In this document: piece after piece, positions 48,487 through 61,815 of the stretch
Layout of the letters: every line of letters begins with the position of its first letter
Position numbering within the stretch: the first letter of the stretch is position 1
Source of the DNA: Bugula neritina
Taxonomy: Eukaryota; Animalia; Bryozoa
Direction of reading: 5' to 3'
Assembly: GCA_964035545.1 (NCBI GenBank)
Contig: OZ037766.1
Span: 1,922,001-1,986,000, forward strand
Length of the DNA: 64,000 nt
The notes under the pieces: generated by a model
The model's input: only the letters and a program-made list of their open reading frames with translations
Databases searched by the model: none
What the model was told of the DNA's origin: nothing
Made by a program: the position numbers and the translations under genes

Positions 48487-51400
48487 ATGAATACTATTCA
48501 CAACGCCATAGAGCGTAGGAACTACCTTCAGTTCGACATTCTCATAAGTCAGCGTACTGGACTGAACAAACGCGATGCCAAGGGTCTGACCCCTCTGATG
48601 AAGGTCAACCACGAACCCCATCAGAGAAATGCCACTGAGATGGTGAGTGCAAGACTCGTGAGAAGAATAGTAGAAGGACAGATAGTATAATAGTTGTGAG
48701 CGAATAAGGTGGTAGAACAGTAGAAGGACAGATAGTATAGTAGTTGTGAGTGAATAAGGTGATAGAATAGTAGAAGGACAGATAGTATAGTAGTTGTGAG
48801 TAAATAAGGTGGTAGAACAGTAGAAGGACAGATAGTATAATAGTTGTGAGTGAAAAAGGTGGTAGAACAGTAGAAGGACAGATAGTATAATAGTTGTGAG
48901 TAAATAAGGTGGTAGAACAGTAGAAGGACAAATAGTATAATAGTTTTGAGTGAATAAGGTGATAGAACAGTAGAAGGACAGATAGTATAATAGTTGTGAG
49001 TGAAAAAGGTGGTAGAACAGTAGAAGGACAAATAGTATAATAGTTTTAAGTGAATAAGGTGATAGAACAGTAGAAGGACAGATAGTATAATAGTTGTGAG
49101 TGAATAAGGTGGTAGAACAGTAGAAGGACAGATAGTATAATAGTTGTGAGTGAAAAAGGTGGTAGAACATCCTGTTGCCTATGACTAACCAGTAAGGCTG
49201 GTCAGCTAGTAGTTTACTTTTAGATTGCAAAACAAAAAACTTAAGTTTATAGTCCATTTAATAATACCAATTAAACATCTAGTGACTAATTCTATAATCT
49301 ATAGTGAAAAATGTAGCTTAAAGCGTTGTCTGCGTGAGTAACAAAGCAATCAGGCTCCAAACCCAGACACAAAATGAGAAGTCATAAATTCAGACTATAG
49401 GCTTACTGTGAACTTCTAACCTTTGGTCTGGCGTTGGAATACAGAGTTCCTCTATTTTACAGACCCACAACTCCCATTCTACAAAAAATTTAAATGTTAC
49501 TTGAGATTAATTTAACTCAGTGAGTCATAGCAGTTTGGGACATCGCAGGATGACTGCTGCCGTGACTGCTGCCGTTTGGTTAACTAATTGTTATTATTTA
49601 CAGGTTCGACTGCTGCTCTTACAGTCAGCTAAGTTGGACTGTATAGACAGGAAGGGAAGAAACGCGCTGATGCATGCTGGGCTAGTAGGAAACGCTGACT
49701 CCACGGAGCTGCTGCTCGATGCCGGTTACTTTGACCCTGCCATGAGAGATCACACAGGAAATGCACCGATTCACTACGCAGCCATGAGTGGCGACGAGGC
49801 CACAGTGGGTGAGTGTTGGAAGTGTAGTAGTGGGGGGGGGTGAAGGGGTGTAGTTAGTAGTGGGGAGTGAGGGGGTGTAGTGTGTGATGACAGTGCCTTA
49901 GGGGTGAGTGTGGGGATGTATTGTTGGGGTACATTGTGGGTGTAGTAATGGGGGCGCAATGTGGGAGGTTGAGGGGCACATAGAATGAATAAGCTAAAAA
50001 TTGCTTGTAAGGGTGAAACAATGCACACATAAAAGATGGCCATGATAAATGTGCCATATACAAGATTGTAAACAATAAGCAATAATTGTTATAACCGAAT
50101 GTTGGAGAAATGTTGTTGCTTTTTAAAGAAGCCAATGCTATTAAAACTTAAGACATAATACCACTGTAAATGTTATTTATATGCATAACTTAAGGAAGTA
50201 GCAAAGTAGAAATTTTTTTACATAAAATCAACACACAGTTGTTCCAAATAAAACCATATACTTTTATTTGTTATAAGTAATTGGTAGAAATTGCATAAAT
50301 GCTACCCAAACAATGATGTGTATGCATTGGCTGTGTTTGCATCTAAACTATTATTTTATGCTAGCAACTAGAGTTCAAAAGAGCATATTAGGACGTGACG
50401 TGTTGAGTTGCATATTAACTGCCAAAGTATTACACAAGTGCGATAATGTTTATAAACTTTCAAAGTCGGTCATCAAAATATCCGTTTACTTGGAAATCTA
50501 AAATAAAATCAAGTTACATATTTTCTAAATTCAAACAAACAAGCAGAATTCTGAACTAAAACTGCAATTCCTAGGAAAGAAATAAACATGAAGATGTGGA
50601 GGTTGTTGCAACCACCCATGCTTCTGTGCAAGAGTAATGAAACTTAGACTAGGCTTGTAAAAACATGTTATGTGTACAATCAATCAGCAGGGGAAACCAT
50701 ACAATAAAAAATAATAGATTGACATATTTTCATCTGTAAAGTAGCAATAAATTAAAAAATACGTGACTTCTCACATTTAGAGTAAAAATTTTATTCACAC
50801 ACATTAGTCACATGACTACAGGCTGTTAGTCACATGACTACAGATCGTTAGTCACATGACTACAGGCCAGCTATAAATTATTCATAGCTAGTCTACAATC
50901 AATCTAACATTTTACATAATATATTTATGCCTTATGGTTTTTGATTACCATACAGTTTTGTAGTTATCCCCCCATGTACTTGCCTTTAAAACAACTCAGC
51001 CATGTCACTGTAATAATACACAGATCAGGAGGCATTATTTTCATACTATAGCTATATGATGTTAATAATATAATTTTTAGCAGGAGGCAAAATGATATGC
51101 ATTACTATTATATTAAAAAGATAATAATAATATTGCAGCAATAAGTGTTTTTAACTAATTCTACTACTAAATTTCATCAGTTTTATTTAATATGAATAAT
51201 TCAATATATTGATATAATACTGATATAGTAATATAATATAATATTAATAAAACAATATAGATTATTATGTTGATATATTTTTAACAATACATTTTAAATG
51301 TGCTGTTTGCTAGTTATATAATGCTTCTCTCACAATACATTACTTAAATAAAACAATTGCTTGAACTAATATGAAATGATGCCCAGTCATAATAATTATT

Positions 51401-53346
51401 GACATTTTTATAAATATTTTATATACACTTTTATGTTGTTGACAGTATTTTGGTATCAATCTGCCTCCAGTTTCATGCCTTACTACCGAGTCATCGTAGT
51501 AATTTCAATATATTTTGTACACCTTGACAGCTGTGATGCTCCAACATCTGAAGAGGCACAGAATTAAAGCAGATTTGAGAAATGACGAGGGTTTCACTCC
51601 CCTACACATAGCTTGCAGTCAAGGTCACATTCACGCTGCCAGGTTAGTTGACCAGCTAGCACTTTGTCATATCACCTTTGCCTACTGCAAAATATAACTC
51701 AAATCAGCAAGTTTATAGTCACTATCCCTGTCAGAAAACCCTGAATGAAAGGGTTTTTGTTAAATCAGGCTAAGGACCTATATTCAGATGAGGCACAGGA
51801 GCAATTATAACTGGATGCTCTTCCTAACATAACCAATGGCCATCGTTTGAACCCACAACTTTGTGCTATGAAGCAACCGCTCTAACCCCTAGACCACAGC
51901 TGATCCCTGCCTAATGCCTACCTAATGAAGTTATATTTGCCTACTACCAAATATAACTTTATTTTGCACATTTAATGAGTTTCCACCTGCTCTATGCCCA
52001 TTTCTCAGAATTGTGCACCGTCTAGGGAAGAATATAACCCCCAATGAGGCCGGTAGTGCAGTCACCTATTGGTCATATGCTGTTGACCTTTGACACTTCA
52101 GTAGGGCTGCGGTATGATTGTTATGCTGTGGTCGAATATCAACCAGGTAATGACTGGAAAACAGTATTTTTTGTACTCGTATCTAAAACATGGCTGGAGT
52201 GCAATTTCCAAGATTAAATGGTTAACCACTGACATGGGAAATGTATTCCAATGCGAAACATTAAAATGAAATGATGTAAATATGAAGCAAATATATTTGA
52301 AGTACCTTTAAAGTTATATCAACAAATACAAATTTAGAGTGACATTGCTTAGATGCGATTTTAAGTTATATTTAATTAATTTAATCGCTATAATGGAAAC
52401 ATTTTATATAACTATATGTTAAAAGTTACTAGTATATATAATATCTAAAGAAGCAAAATTATTTTATTTGATTAGGTGGTAACTAATTTAAATTTTCATT
52501 ATAGTATAAAACAAAGTAAATTAGACTAAGTTGCTTGAGGCTTTTAGCCACGGCAATTATTTTTACCCTACTGGTTAAAGCAAAGTATAGTATATATACA
52601 GTTCTATATAATTTATACTATTTTATAAAATTTTATATAATAATGTACAGTTGTATATAGTATATACAGTTGTATATAGTATATACAGTTGTAATACAGT
52701 TAGTTTATGTAGACTGCTGTTTGTTGTAGACTGCTGTTTGTTGTAGACTGCTGTTTGTTGTAGATTGCTGCAGTCGGACGGCGAGTGTTCGCTGACTGTA
52801 AGAGACGGTTCGGTTGGTAAGACAGCGCGTGAGTGGCTGAGCGAGTCATGTGACTTCCCAAAATACATGGATCCCTTCGGTATGGACGCAGACTTATCTG
52901 AGGTGCGCCTTAAGAAGCTAGAAGTGGAAGAAGAGCCGATTGACAACTCCAAAATTAGAATATTCCTGTTTATGAAAGAGAAACCCAGCATTGACATAGA
53001 GGAAAGTGCTGTGCGACCGCCATGGGACATAAGCACTAACGTCAATGTGGCTCCTAAGTATCTCAAGAACGGCTCTCTAAACCCAGAGAGATTTCGGCCA
53101 TCGTCAGCGCTGAGTTGTGATCACTTCTCTGGACCCCCTACCATCAGACCATTTAGCGCCCCTTGCGGTTACCCAGAATTCTCCTCGTGGAAACACCCTA
53201 TAGACGTGCAACCGTTTCTTAGTGTCGCTGAAATGGACAATTTTAGAAGGTATTCTTCCGTCACAGACCTCAGCTCAGGGGAGGCAAATCCTCTGGTCAG
53301 AGAAAAAGCCGAGAAGCTGTTGACAGTTAGAAGCTCCTCCGGGTAA
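48487..53346 (+). CDS. Ankyrin-repeat protein (about 5 N-terminal repeats plus a unique C-terminus), about 351 aa, 4 exons
   Basis: Exons 48487-48642, 49604-49808, 51531-51642, 52764-53346 are in frame (1056 nt). Ankyrin motifs DAKGLTPLM, DRKGRNALMHA, DHTGNAPIHYAA, NDEGFTPLHIAC. AATAAA at 53376. Confidence 0.88.
48660..49169. repeat. 50-bp minisatellite at the start of ankyrin gene intron 1
   Basis: tagaaggaca recurs every 50 nt (48671, 48721, 48771 ...), about 10 copies. Confidence 0.95.
50866..50990. repeat. Dispersed repeat, second copy at about 54200-54300
   Basis: Shared tcatagctagtctacaatc.atctaacat ... ccccatgtac. Confidence 0.7.
51770..51906 (-). mobile_element. Probable tRNA-derived SINE
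   Basis: The minus strand reads ggatcagctgtggtctaggggttagagcgg (Pol III A-box-like) ... gggttcaaac (B-box-like), then aggaagagcatccag, similar to a core motif of metazoan SINEs. There is no tRNA acceptor stem. Confidence 0.6.
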
Positions 53347-55000
53347 CCGGGTCAAAAGTTTCAAAGTTTGTTTTGAATAAACTGATTTATTTTTGAAAAT
53401 AATATTGCTCAAAGCTGTGACAGCTTATAATCTAAAAATAGACTTCCCCAGCACTCTGGTGCCAACTTTTCTGCTGTTGTATTTCTGTATGATTAATGCG
53501 ATTCACCCTGTGCAATACTTGCTACATGGACTTTGTGATGCATCACACTTTTTTAATTATTTATGAAATAAATATCTTGAGTCAGATTTACTTGGGGTGT
53601 TATGCTACATCATCCACCTGGATGTTCTTACCAGCCACGTGGGCTCATGGTTCACCAGGAGATGGTGATGAGACAAAAGAGCTGGTGTCATCTCCTTTAT
53701 TTTTTGCAAAAGACTAGAATTTAACTTTGCTTTAGTGCATAAATAGTAATTTTAGCATACATTAGTTTGGATGTGAGGCTAAAATCTGTTTTCTATTAAA
53801 TGAAGCCCAGTTTACTCAATCATATCAAGCTGCAAGTTATTTCCAACCTTTGCCCACATCCTGGTGCACAATTAATAGTTGCATCATTATATTATTATGG
53901 TGGCTAATTGAGTTACTATAAACACTGGCGTTCAATTCAGCCTCCCAAACTAATTAATTGGTTGGAACTTGGCTATTTTATAACTTTAGCTTAGGGAAAT
54001 TGCTTAAAACAGTAAATATTTTGGGGTCACTGGCTGTGGTAGTTTGGAATTTTAAAGATTTGTATTGGAAAAACTGCATGCAGTCACTCCAAACATTGTG
54101 CTGCATCTAGCAATTCCCTCTACCAGTAATCTAGTTATATAAGCATGGTTTTTCCAGCATGAAATAAAAATTTATTTACATGCCTTAGTCATGGTTGCAT
54201 GGCTTTTAATTTACTCATAGCTAGTCTACAATCGATCTAACATAATTAATGCCCTACGGGTTTTTTATAACCCTAAAGTTGTCTCCCCATGTACAGGCCT
54301 TATGCAACGTCTTCGTTTACGCAAGCAGATAAAATTAAACGTCCTTGCTCTAGGTGACACGTCTTGTCTATTGTTGTTGAAAGCCACAACGCCAGAGAAA
54401 ACAAGACATAAATTGTCTCTCAGCTCAAACCCGGACCTACTCCCCCTTTATTATTAGCTTCACCTGTCTGTGTGTTTGTCTGTTCACCATCCCACTGCCA
54501 GAAGCATTTTCTTTGCTAAAATTGGAGTGACAGTAGCATTGCTAACAGTACAATTGACTAGCGCTGATAAAATGTTACTACTAAAATAATGCGCCATACG
54601 TACCCTATTGCCACACTAAAGAATCTATTAGTCTGGGATATTCAATAAGATACAGTTCGGCCTGTTTCGCTAGTGAATATGATTAATAACATCACCTGTT
54701 AGAAGGTTGAGGTATCAATATAGGTGTTTATTCTATAGGTGAAACATTTCACTATAGTTAAAGCACAGCCATTCAAGTTTATCAATTCACCAATCTATTT
54801 GAAAGGAAATTTCAATTATTACACTATATCCTAATAATTCAAATATAGGCGCTTGCTTCTTATGTTTGAGTGCAGATAATTATATAAAAATAATAAAATG
54901 TCCTTATAGTGTAAAGTTCTACGTTATCTAGAGCTGGTTGTTTTCAATGGAATAATTTTAAGCATTTCTATTGGAAGATCAGCCAGTTTTCCAAGTTCTA

Positions 55001-55120
55001 TCATGTTGTTATTGTCACACATACACTAGTTTTCATGTTGTTATTGTCACACATACACTAGTTTTCATGTTGTTATTGTCACACATACACTAGTTTTCAT
55101 GTTGTTATTGTCACACATAC
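55001..55120. repeat. 32-bp minisatellite
   Basis: About 4 copies of tcatgttgttattgtcacacatacactagttt. Confidence 0.9.
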
Positions 55121-56615
55121 ACTGGTTTATAAGCTCTTTTAAATTAAAATGTTTGTTAATTACTCTGAACTTGGATGTAAAAACTTTTATTTTGAAATAT
55201 GGTCAAATGTTTTTGCTATCTTTAGAATTTCCAATGGTTTGTGCATTAAATATAAATCATATAGCTACGTGCATTATACAGTAAATAGTTTAGCAGCTAT
55301 AGTGTACTGAATATGAATTATATTCGAGGTAAAAAGTTTTACTGACGTAAAGGTGCAGTATTTCAGTCTGTCAGTCGTAGGGTACAACTATTAGAAAAAG
55401 CCTTCATTGTGTTGGAACTGAATTAACTTAACGAAATCTGCTTATTTGTATTTGGGCCCAGCTATAGCACTCAACAGCTTTCAAGGTGACTTTAATCCAA
55501 CAAGCTTCTAACAGATTAGTTATAGAGGTGCAGTCTGGTTTAGGCTTTAAGCTTTCATAAGTAAGAGATTTTACCACATAATTGAAGCTCTTGAATTTAT
55601 TGTACCTGTAATAGGTAAGTAAATTTATATAATTTATAATTTATATAATTCTTTCTCTTGATCATAACTTGGACATATCTGGAAAAATTGTTAGAAATAC
55701 CAAATTTCCACTTTATTTTTTAGTTGGCGTTAGCTAAAATGTCACAACTGTATATTTATTTCGGACCATTACGAAAAAAACATAACGGTCTGCAATCCAA
55801 ATCAGCTAAATAAATGGGGAAAAACATGGGAAACCAAGCAAAATTAAAAAGAACCTTGATTATTTAAGTGTACTTTCTGATATTTTACTGGTTTTGGGCA
55901 AAAAGCCATGTTCATTAGCAGCTAGATGGTAAAAATGGCTAAAACTGGAGAATTCCAGTGTGTACTAAATTAAGTAAAATGACCCCTATATAGAGTCTAC
56001 AAGACTCTATATATATAGGGAATGACAGTGTATTGCTATGTAAACCAGGGCACTAGTATAACCAACTAGATAGACCACAGTTCTCCTAGTTTTCACAAAA
56101 CACCTGCACCAGATAACATAAAGAAATGAAACTGCTTTTAAGATTTCTAAGAAACATATTATTCTAAATATAAACGTTATCTGCCAGCCAGCCAACAAAC
56201 TTTCCTCAAAATCTCTCAGAATATAGAAATGTAAAGCAGGAGTGATTCAACATTAAACCTCTTTTTTGTGAATTCATTCTAAAAAGTGAACTCAGAAAAT
56301 GAGCAGCAAGTTTGTAATAAATTACAGTATTCTTTTATACGTGCATTAATACTTGTTTTCACTTCCATTTAGAGTTTCATTTTTCAATTACATAATTCGA
56401 CTGCAAACAGTTGAAAATTAGATAAATTTATAGCAATTAGAGACAGAATTATAGACACAATATTTTATTTTAAAAAGTCAATTGAAATAATGCACAATAA
56501 ATTAAGAATTTGTACAAATGCATAATTATATAACATGGTTTATGTAAAACCCAACAATTTTAATTACATTTCATTTTAATAAATAAAAAACAAATTATAA
56601 TAATTTATCTGTAGA

Positions 56616-57269
56616 CTAGACAAAGTTTGTGTAATCAGAAAGATACCCCTTGAGTGTTAGAGGTATTGGTAACTTGTCAATGGAGAGAGGTCTGTTTAAA
56701 GTGAGCAGAGAGTACTTGTGTACTTGAGTTCTACAAAGGTGCTTTAGACTAAGTGGACTCAGTGAAACTGGTTTCTTTAGCTGGAGAGATATATTTCTAT
56801 GTCCTTTGTTGTCTGAGAATCTATAAACATTCAGAGTCCTAGTAGTAATAAGTTGCTGTACCAGATCCACTACACACCCTTCTTCTAACATACGATCAGT
56901 AATTTTTCTACTACAGTCTAAGTGAAACGTAATCCTTCCCGATTTATACGTAGACATGATTCTAATGCTCACTACCGCCCCGTACTGGGTCTTTACTGAA
57001 ATAGTATAGTTTCTAATAGCCTCAGAGCTCTGTCTAAGAATGAAAGAGCCTATTGGTTTATCGTGCAATATTTCCTTTGCTCTCTCCCGTGTCATATCGG
57101 CGTAGTACCAGCCACATTGCTGTAGTTTGTAACTCGTGCTGTTGATGGCATTGATAAGTGAGTATCTCTCCTCGTCAATGTAGAGGTTGAAGGACGGCAG
57201 AAGACATTTTGGAATTGTTACGGCGGAGGAAGAGTTTTTTGAGTATTTTTCCACGCTGGTCATTTTCAT
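56616..57269 (-). CDS. SOCS: Suppressor of cytokine signalling (SH2 plus SOCS box; SOCS2/CIS-like size and layout), 217 aa, single coding exon
   Basis: LQQCGWYYADMTRERAKEILHDKPIGSFILRQSS (SH2 with conserved Arg) and PLSLKHLCRTQVH...IDKLPIPLTLKGYLSDY (SOCS box). An acceptor at about 57315 and candidate 5' exons ending at 58499 and 58938 lie upstream. Confidence 0.93.
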   Translation of the reverse strand: MKMTSVEKYSKNSSSAVTIPKCLLPSFNLYIDEERYSLINAINSTSYKLQQCGWYYADMTRERAKEILHDKPIGSFILRQSSEAIRNYTISVKTQYGAVVSIRIMSTYKSGRITFHLDCSRKITDRMLEEGCVVDLVQQLITTRTLNVYRFSDNKGHRNISLQLKKPVSLSPLSLKHLCRTQVHKYSLLTLNRPLSIDKLPIPLTLKGYLSDYTNFV

Positions 57270-59140
57270 TGTGGCAGCAGTAGCAGCAGCAGCAGCGAAT
57301 CCAGCACACTAAATCTAAAGCATCAAAATATATGCATTAGGAAATCTCGCAATTCAAGTATATGTAAACCTAACCAGCTTCTAGCTTTTGCTTAAAGCCA
57401 TTTTCCTTTGGAGCAAATAAAATTGTTCAAAGTATTGTAAAGTTATTCATCTTATGTAGTGTTAATAAATCCAACTAAACATCTAATCTCCATTCAGTTA
57501 TAAGAAAAACTTTAAAGTTGTTGCAAATTAAATAATAAAATATTCTTCCATTTTGCAATCTCGGCCAATATTTTCTTTAATAGAAAACATCTTGTACACT
57601 ACATAGAATCTCTCTTGGAGTTCGTACATGAACTCTTTATGCATATCATTGCAAACCCATAATAATTTATTTGCCATTTAACTTCCTGTTCCATGTATAA
57701 TGAAAGGCATGAATTTCTTGGTAAATGACTGGCTAAAAATAGCAGACATGTAGCCTGAGGTCTATGACAACTGAGTGCACCTATTTGTGGGAGGGCCTCC
57801 AACCGTTACAGCATCTGATGATAAACTATCCATAACGAATGTGAAGCTAGTAAACATTATTGGCAATGATTCACAGCGTATGCATATCATTATCATTAGA
57901 CAAGGATCTGTTGTAACATGCACTAACCGTGTTATCTATGCATGTAGACTGTAGAGCAAAAGGGATAATAGAAAGAGTATTTAAACCACATTATATTGAT
58001 TAATTTGTCTTTTTACACAAAACTAAAGCCTCCTTCTATTCCAATTTCGATTTATTTCACTTATAATTGTCGACATGTATTATATAATAAAAACGCAACA
58101 GAATAGATAGACTTAGAGCTTTACAGTTAAGCTATTTATTGTCATTTTGAACAAAAAAATTATACACTCAGCCTAAGAACTATAACCCTGTTACAGCAAA
58201 TGGAAAGGGGGGATGACATACCCGTAAGGGTTGAAAGTATAGCCTACTGGTTGTAGCTATTAATAGATAGGAGTACATCCTGCATCCTTGTTTACACTAA
58301 CTTTTACAGCTGCTTTCAGAAATTGCTAAATCATTCATCTAAGGAAAACTAACTGCCTGTTCACTTTATAGAGGGAGTTGCAGGTATATACACTGTAGCT
58401 TGGTAAATGAATGCCAAGTTATGACTAACAATAAACTATGGAGGTGGAGAAGGAGGGGGAGGGTTGGATGAGGGGGTGGAAAAGAGATTTATGCTTACCG
58501 TCATAGACTTAGGTTTTGTATCCTGAGGTTTTAGGCTAAGCTCTGGTTCTAACGTGATAAGTTGGCAACAATATTATGATTCTAAAAGGAGAATATGAAA
58601 CGTAACCTAAACGAAAATCTACATCCACCCCTAACAACCCCCCCAGCCACAGCCAAGTCCAAGGCAAAGTCTTTTCCACTAGGTTACCCTTTGTTTAGAT
58701 TAAGGTTACATTACGTAGCATGAGTTCCACAAAGCTCAAATCACTTCTTACAGCAGCTTTCCAACATGCACCATTAGATTTCAACTAAGAAAAGCTAGAA
58801 CTATAGGTGTATTACTCAACCAAGACGACTCTTTCACACATATTGATATTAATTCATATGCAAGGAATAAGCTAAAGAATAATATTGTCGTGATGAACAC
58901 CTCTAGACAAATGGTTTGATAATAGAAATGCACTCACCCAAGGCTAAAGAGGTACTCGCTATAGTATCAGAAGTGTAATAGCCTAAAATATGCCCAGGTA
59001 TAAAACTAATCCCATCCGTGCTATTCGACAACTGGTCGTGTATTGAATCAACTGAACAGGCATTCATGCCCTTATATTATCACTATTGCTTTCTAGTTAC
59101 CCAAATTCTAAGTAATTGCTCGCGCTCTATTACGCTGAAT

Positions 59141-61815
59141 TTCGAAGAAACGCTAGATTAAAACACAACTACGAGATAACAACGGTAGTGTTGCATATCT
59201 TTAGTACGTATTCAGCGCACGTGGCGTGGAGAAGCCATCCAATTACAGCATACATAGAGTATCTATTAACCAATCAAAGTCTTTCCTCAATAACCTATTG
59301 TTATAACGGAGCACTCAGCCGCGACAAAGTGACGTAGGCAAAACAGTATTATACGGTTATGGTTATTGGCGAAGTCTAGACGTTGCATTTCGAATGCAGC
59401 TGCAGTTTTTCATTCATAGATAAACTCGAAAATCTGTTGCACAAACTTGAAGCATAAAAACAATACAAGTTACAGGATTTCCTTCTTTAATAAAACATTG
59501 TGAAGCTGAAATCATCAAATTCATTCTGGATGATGAAATGTAGCTGTTACTGTTAATGTTGCCAAAATAAAGTGAGAATTTACTAAGAACAATATTTTTA
59601 TTATATTGCAGGCATGCGTCTACACTGTTTCTATGAATGATAGTAACATAACTGCATTGATAATTCATATAGAGCATTTAAGTTACTAATTAGTTACATT
59701 GAGCGTGAAATCATCAATTATTTCTGTGAAACTGAATTCTGAGGAATCAGGTGGCTTATATTAGAGGGGTTTGAAATAGTTGCAACATAATATAGTAAGA
59801 TTCCCTGAAAATTGATTAGCTGATTTAGTAGAATTCTCCAACTCTTATTTCCTGGAAGCTACTTGACTCGTTAGAAAGTCAGATTCTAGATTATTGTCTC
59901 TCCTTGTAATAACTTTACTAATTTATAACTTAGTCTAGCGGCTTAGCAATTAACCTAGTTTGAATAATATTCATATTCAAGGAATTGTCAATTTGATTAA
60001 TATTGATTGTTGAAATAGTCGTGTCAATTCCCAGTTTTACAATTTCAACAAAAGGAGAAAAGGACTAAAGTACACGCCTCTTAATCATTCAGTCGCTAGT
60101 CAAATAGCCACTGCCTGAGGAGTGCTATCTTTACTATCTTGAGGAAATGGTTGAGAAAAGTTGCCAGGAAAGCAACTTTGTGATTAACAAGAATTCTCCA
60201 AATATGCCTTGAGCTTGTTAAAGTGTAGTTTACCAAAATACTGCTGGAACTTTTCTCTGAATGACAGCTCCAGGAAACATTTAAGTAATCCTAAAATTGT
60301 TATTATTATCAGTACCTACTGCATACTTTATTTTAGCTACATATTAGCTTTTCAGGAAGTGCTAAGAGCTGTATCCCAGCTATTCCTGGTACTGTCTTAG
60401 CTAGAGGGCTGCAATTCATATCTCAGTTAATTTATTATAATGGTATCCCTGGTGCCTGCTAAGGGGTGGATTGAAACCCCCATGGGATTGCCCACAGGTG
60501 GGTGGAGTGGGGGGGTCATTGAGTAAGAGAGGTTATGGCAGCGTTAACCTCACCACCACATGCATTTATACAGTCTACAACAAACATACACTTGATAATC
60601 TTAGATTGAGTGTAAATTGTGGGCTAAGCACTTTAAAGTTGGGAGGCTCTTGCCCATGTCCCCTATTCATTGAACTGTTCTAGGATTCTAATGGTAGCTA
60701 CTTTATAAAATGCTACTTTATTAAAACTTTTTACTAAATTGGTAATTACCAACATTGTAACAAAACTCACTAAAATAGCTAGAGCAGTAGTGCAGAAATT
60801 GAGATAGCCTAAATTATTATTAAATATTGGTCTTGGGCTTAGGTTGAAATTATTGAGAGAACATAACTTCTTATGCTACATTTCTAATCTAGAACATAAG
60901 CTTTTCTCAAATTCTCTATTACTGCACCCACCTCTAAAATAGCAAGTATTTATAAAAGAATTTCTGTTAGTATGCCACTGTGTTGCGCTGCCTATTGACA
61001 AGTTGGTGCTGACAAGCTGCTCATACGCAGCTGCTGCCTTACGCAAGCATTCAACCTGTATAACTACCACTATCACCCAGACAGATGCTTGTCACCTTAA
61101 ACAAGGAATAGTTTCATCTCCTAGACAATTACACACCTTTTCCTAGAATTCCAACTTGGTAGTTTCATTTGCATGTTATGTTGCCATGGTAACAATACTG
61201 TTATTGTAGTTAAGTAATGCATTTTCATGGAAACCCAATTTTATATAATACAGGCAAGGGTGTGGTCTAAGGAATAACCCTATTAAGGAGATATTAAGGA
61301 GATATCAAGCCAGTCATTAATGACAAAAGCTATTGCGTGGGTGTTGAGCCCATAACCAAATGCATGACTGGTAAAAGTTGCAAGATGTCTCTAGAGTTTA
61401 GATATTTAGGAACTTTTTACTGCTCTTTTAAACTCTATTCGGCTCTGTTTCTTCCAATTATCGATTATTGTGGCTTGTGATGTCATCAACTGAGAATAGA
61501 GTCAACGCCCTTTCCGAGTCACTCAACAGTGTTATTTGTGGTTAGCTTCAATTACGGGAAACTGCTTATTGGCCAAAGTCGATTGACCCAGTAAAGTGTT
61601 CAAGTAATGCTGTAACCTATATAGCCTCATTTCCTAGAATTAGGACACTATTAGCATAATATTTTGCTCACAATATTGATTGTAATGCAATATACCAAAA
61701 GGAAAGGGACGGGTTCAAGACTGCTAGAGTAGAGACTGTGATGCATACACAATAACATTTGATACAGTTGAATGATTCCAAGAAAGCTGGGATGCCAGCA
61801 CTGGCTTTCCTAGAA
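59141..61815. promoter_or_regulatory. STAT (GAS)/BCL6-type site clusters and proximal promoter upstream of SOCS
   Basis: TTCN3GAA at 59141, 59722, 59801, 59849, 61140, 61224, 61631, 61776, 61807, plus TTACGGGAA at 61552. E-box cacgtg at about 59218, CCAAT at about 59270, CRE half-site tgacgt at about 59330. Confidence 0.65.
60780..60930. mobile_element. MITE copy 3
   Basis: tagagcagtagtgcagaaattgag ... ctcaaattctctattactgcacc. The interior cataacttctt.tgctacatttctaatcta is shared with 3170-3331. Confidence 0.8.

Noticed and set aside
48418-49257. 279-aa and overlapping minus-strand ORFs
   Set aside because: Artefacts of the 50-bp minisatellite in ankyrin intron 1
51770-51906. tRNA gene
   Set aside because: A- and B-box-like motifs are present, but there is no cloverleaf or acceptor stem. 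It is better explained as a SINE head.
60876-61076. ORF whose C-terminus resembles that of ORF 3277-3609, suggesting paralogy
   Set aside because: The similarity comes from the shared MITE sequence, not from a protein family.
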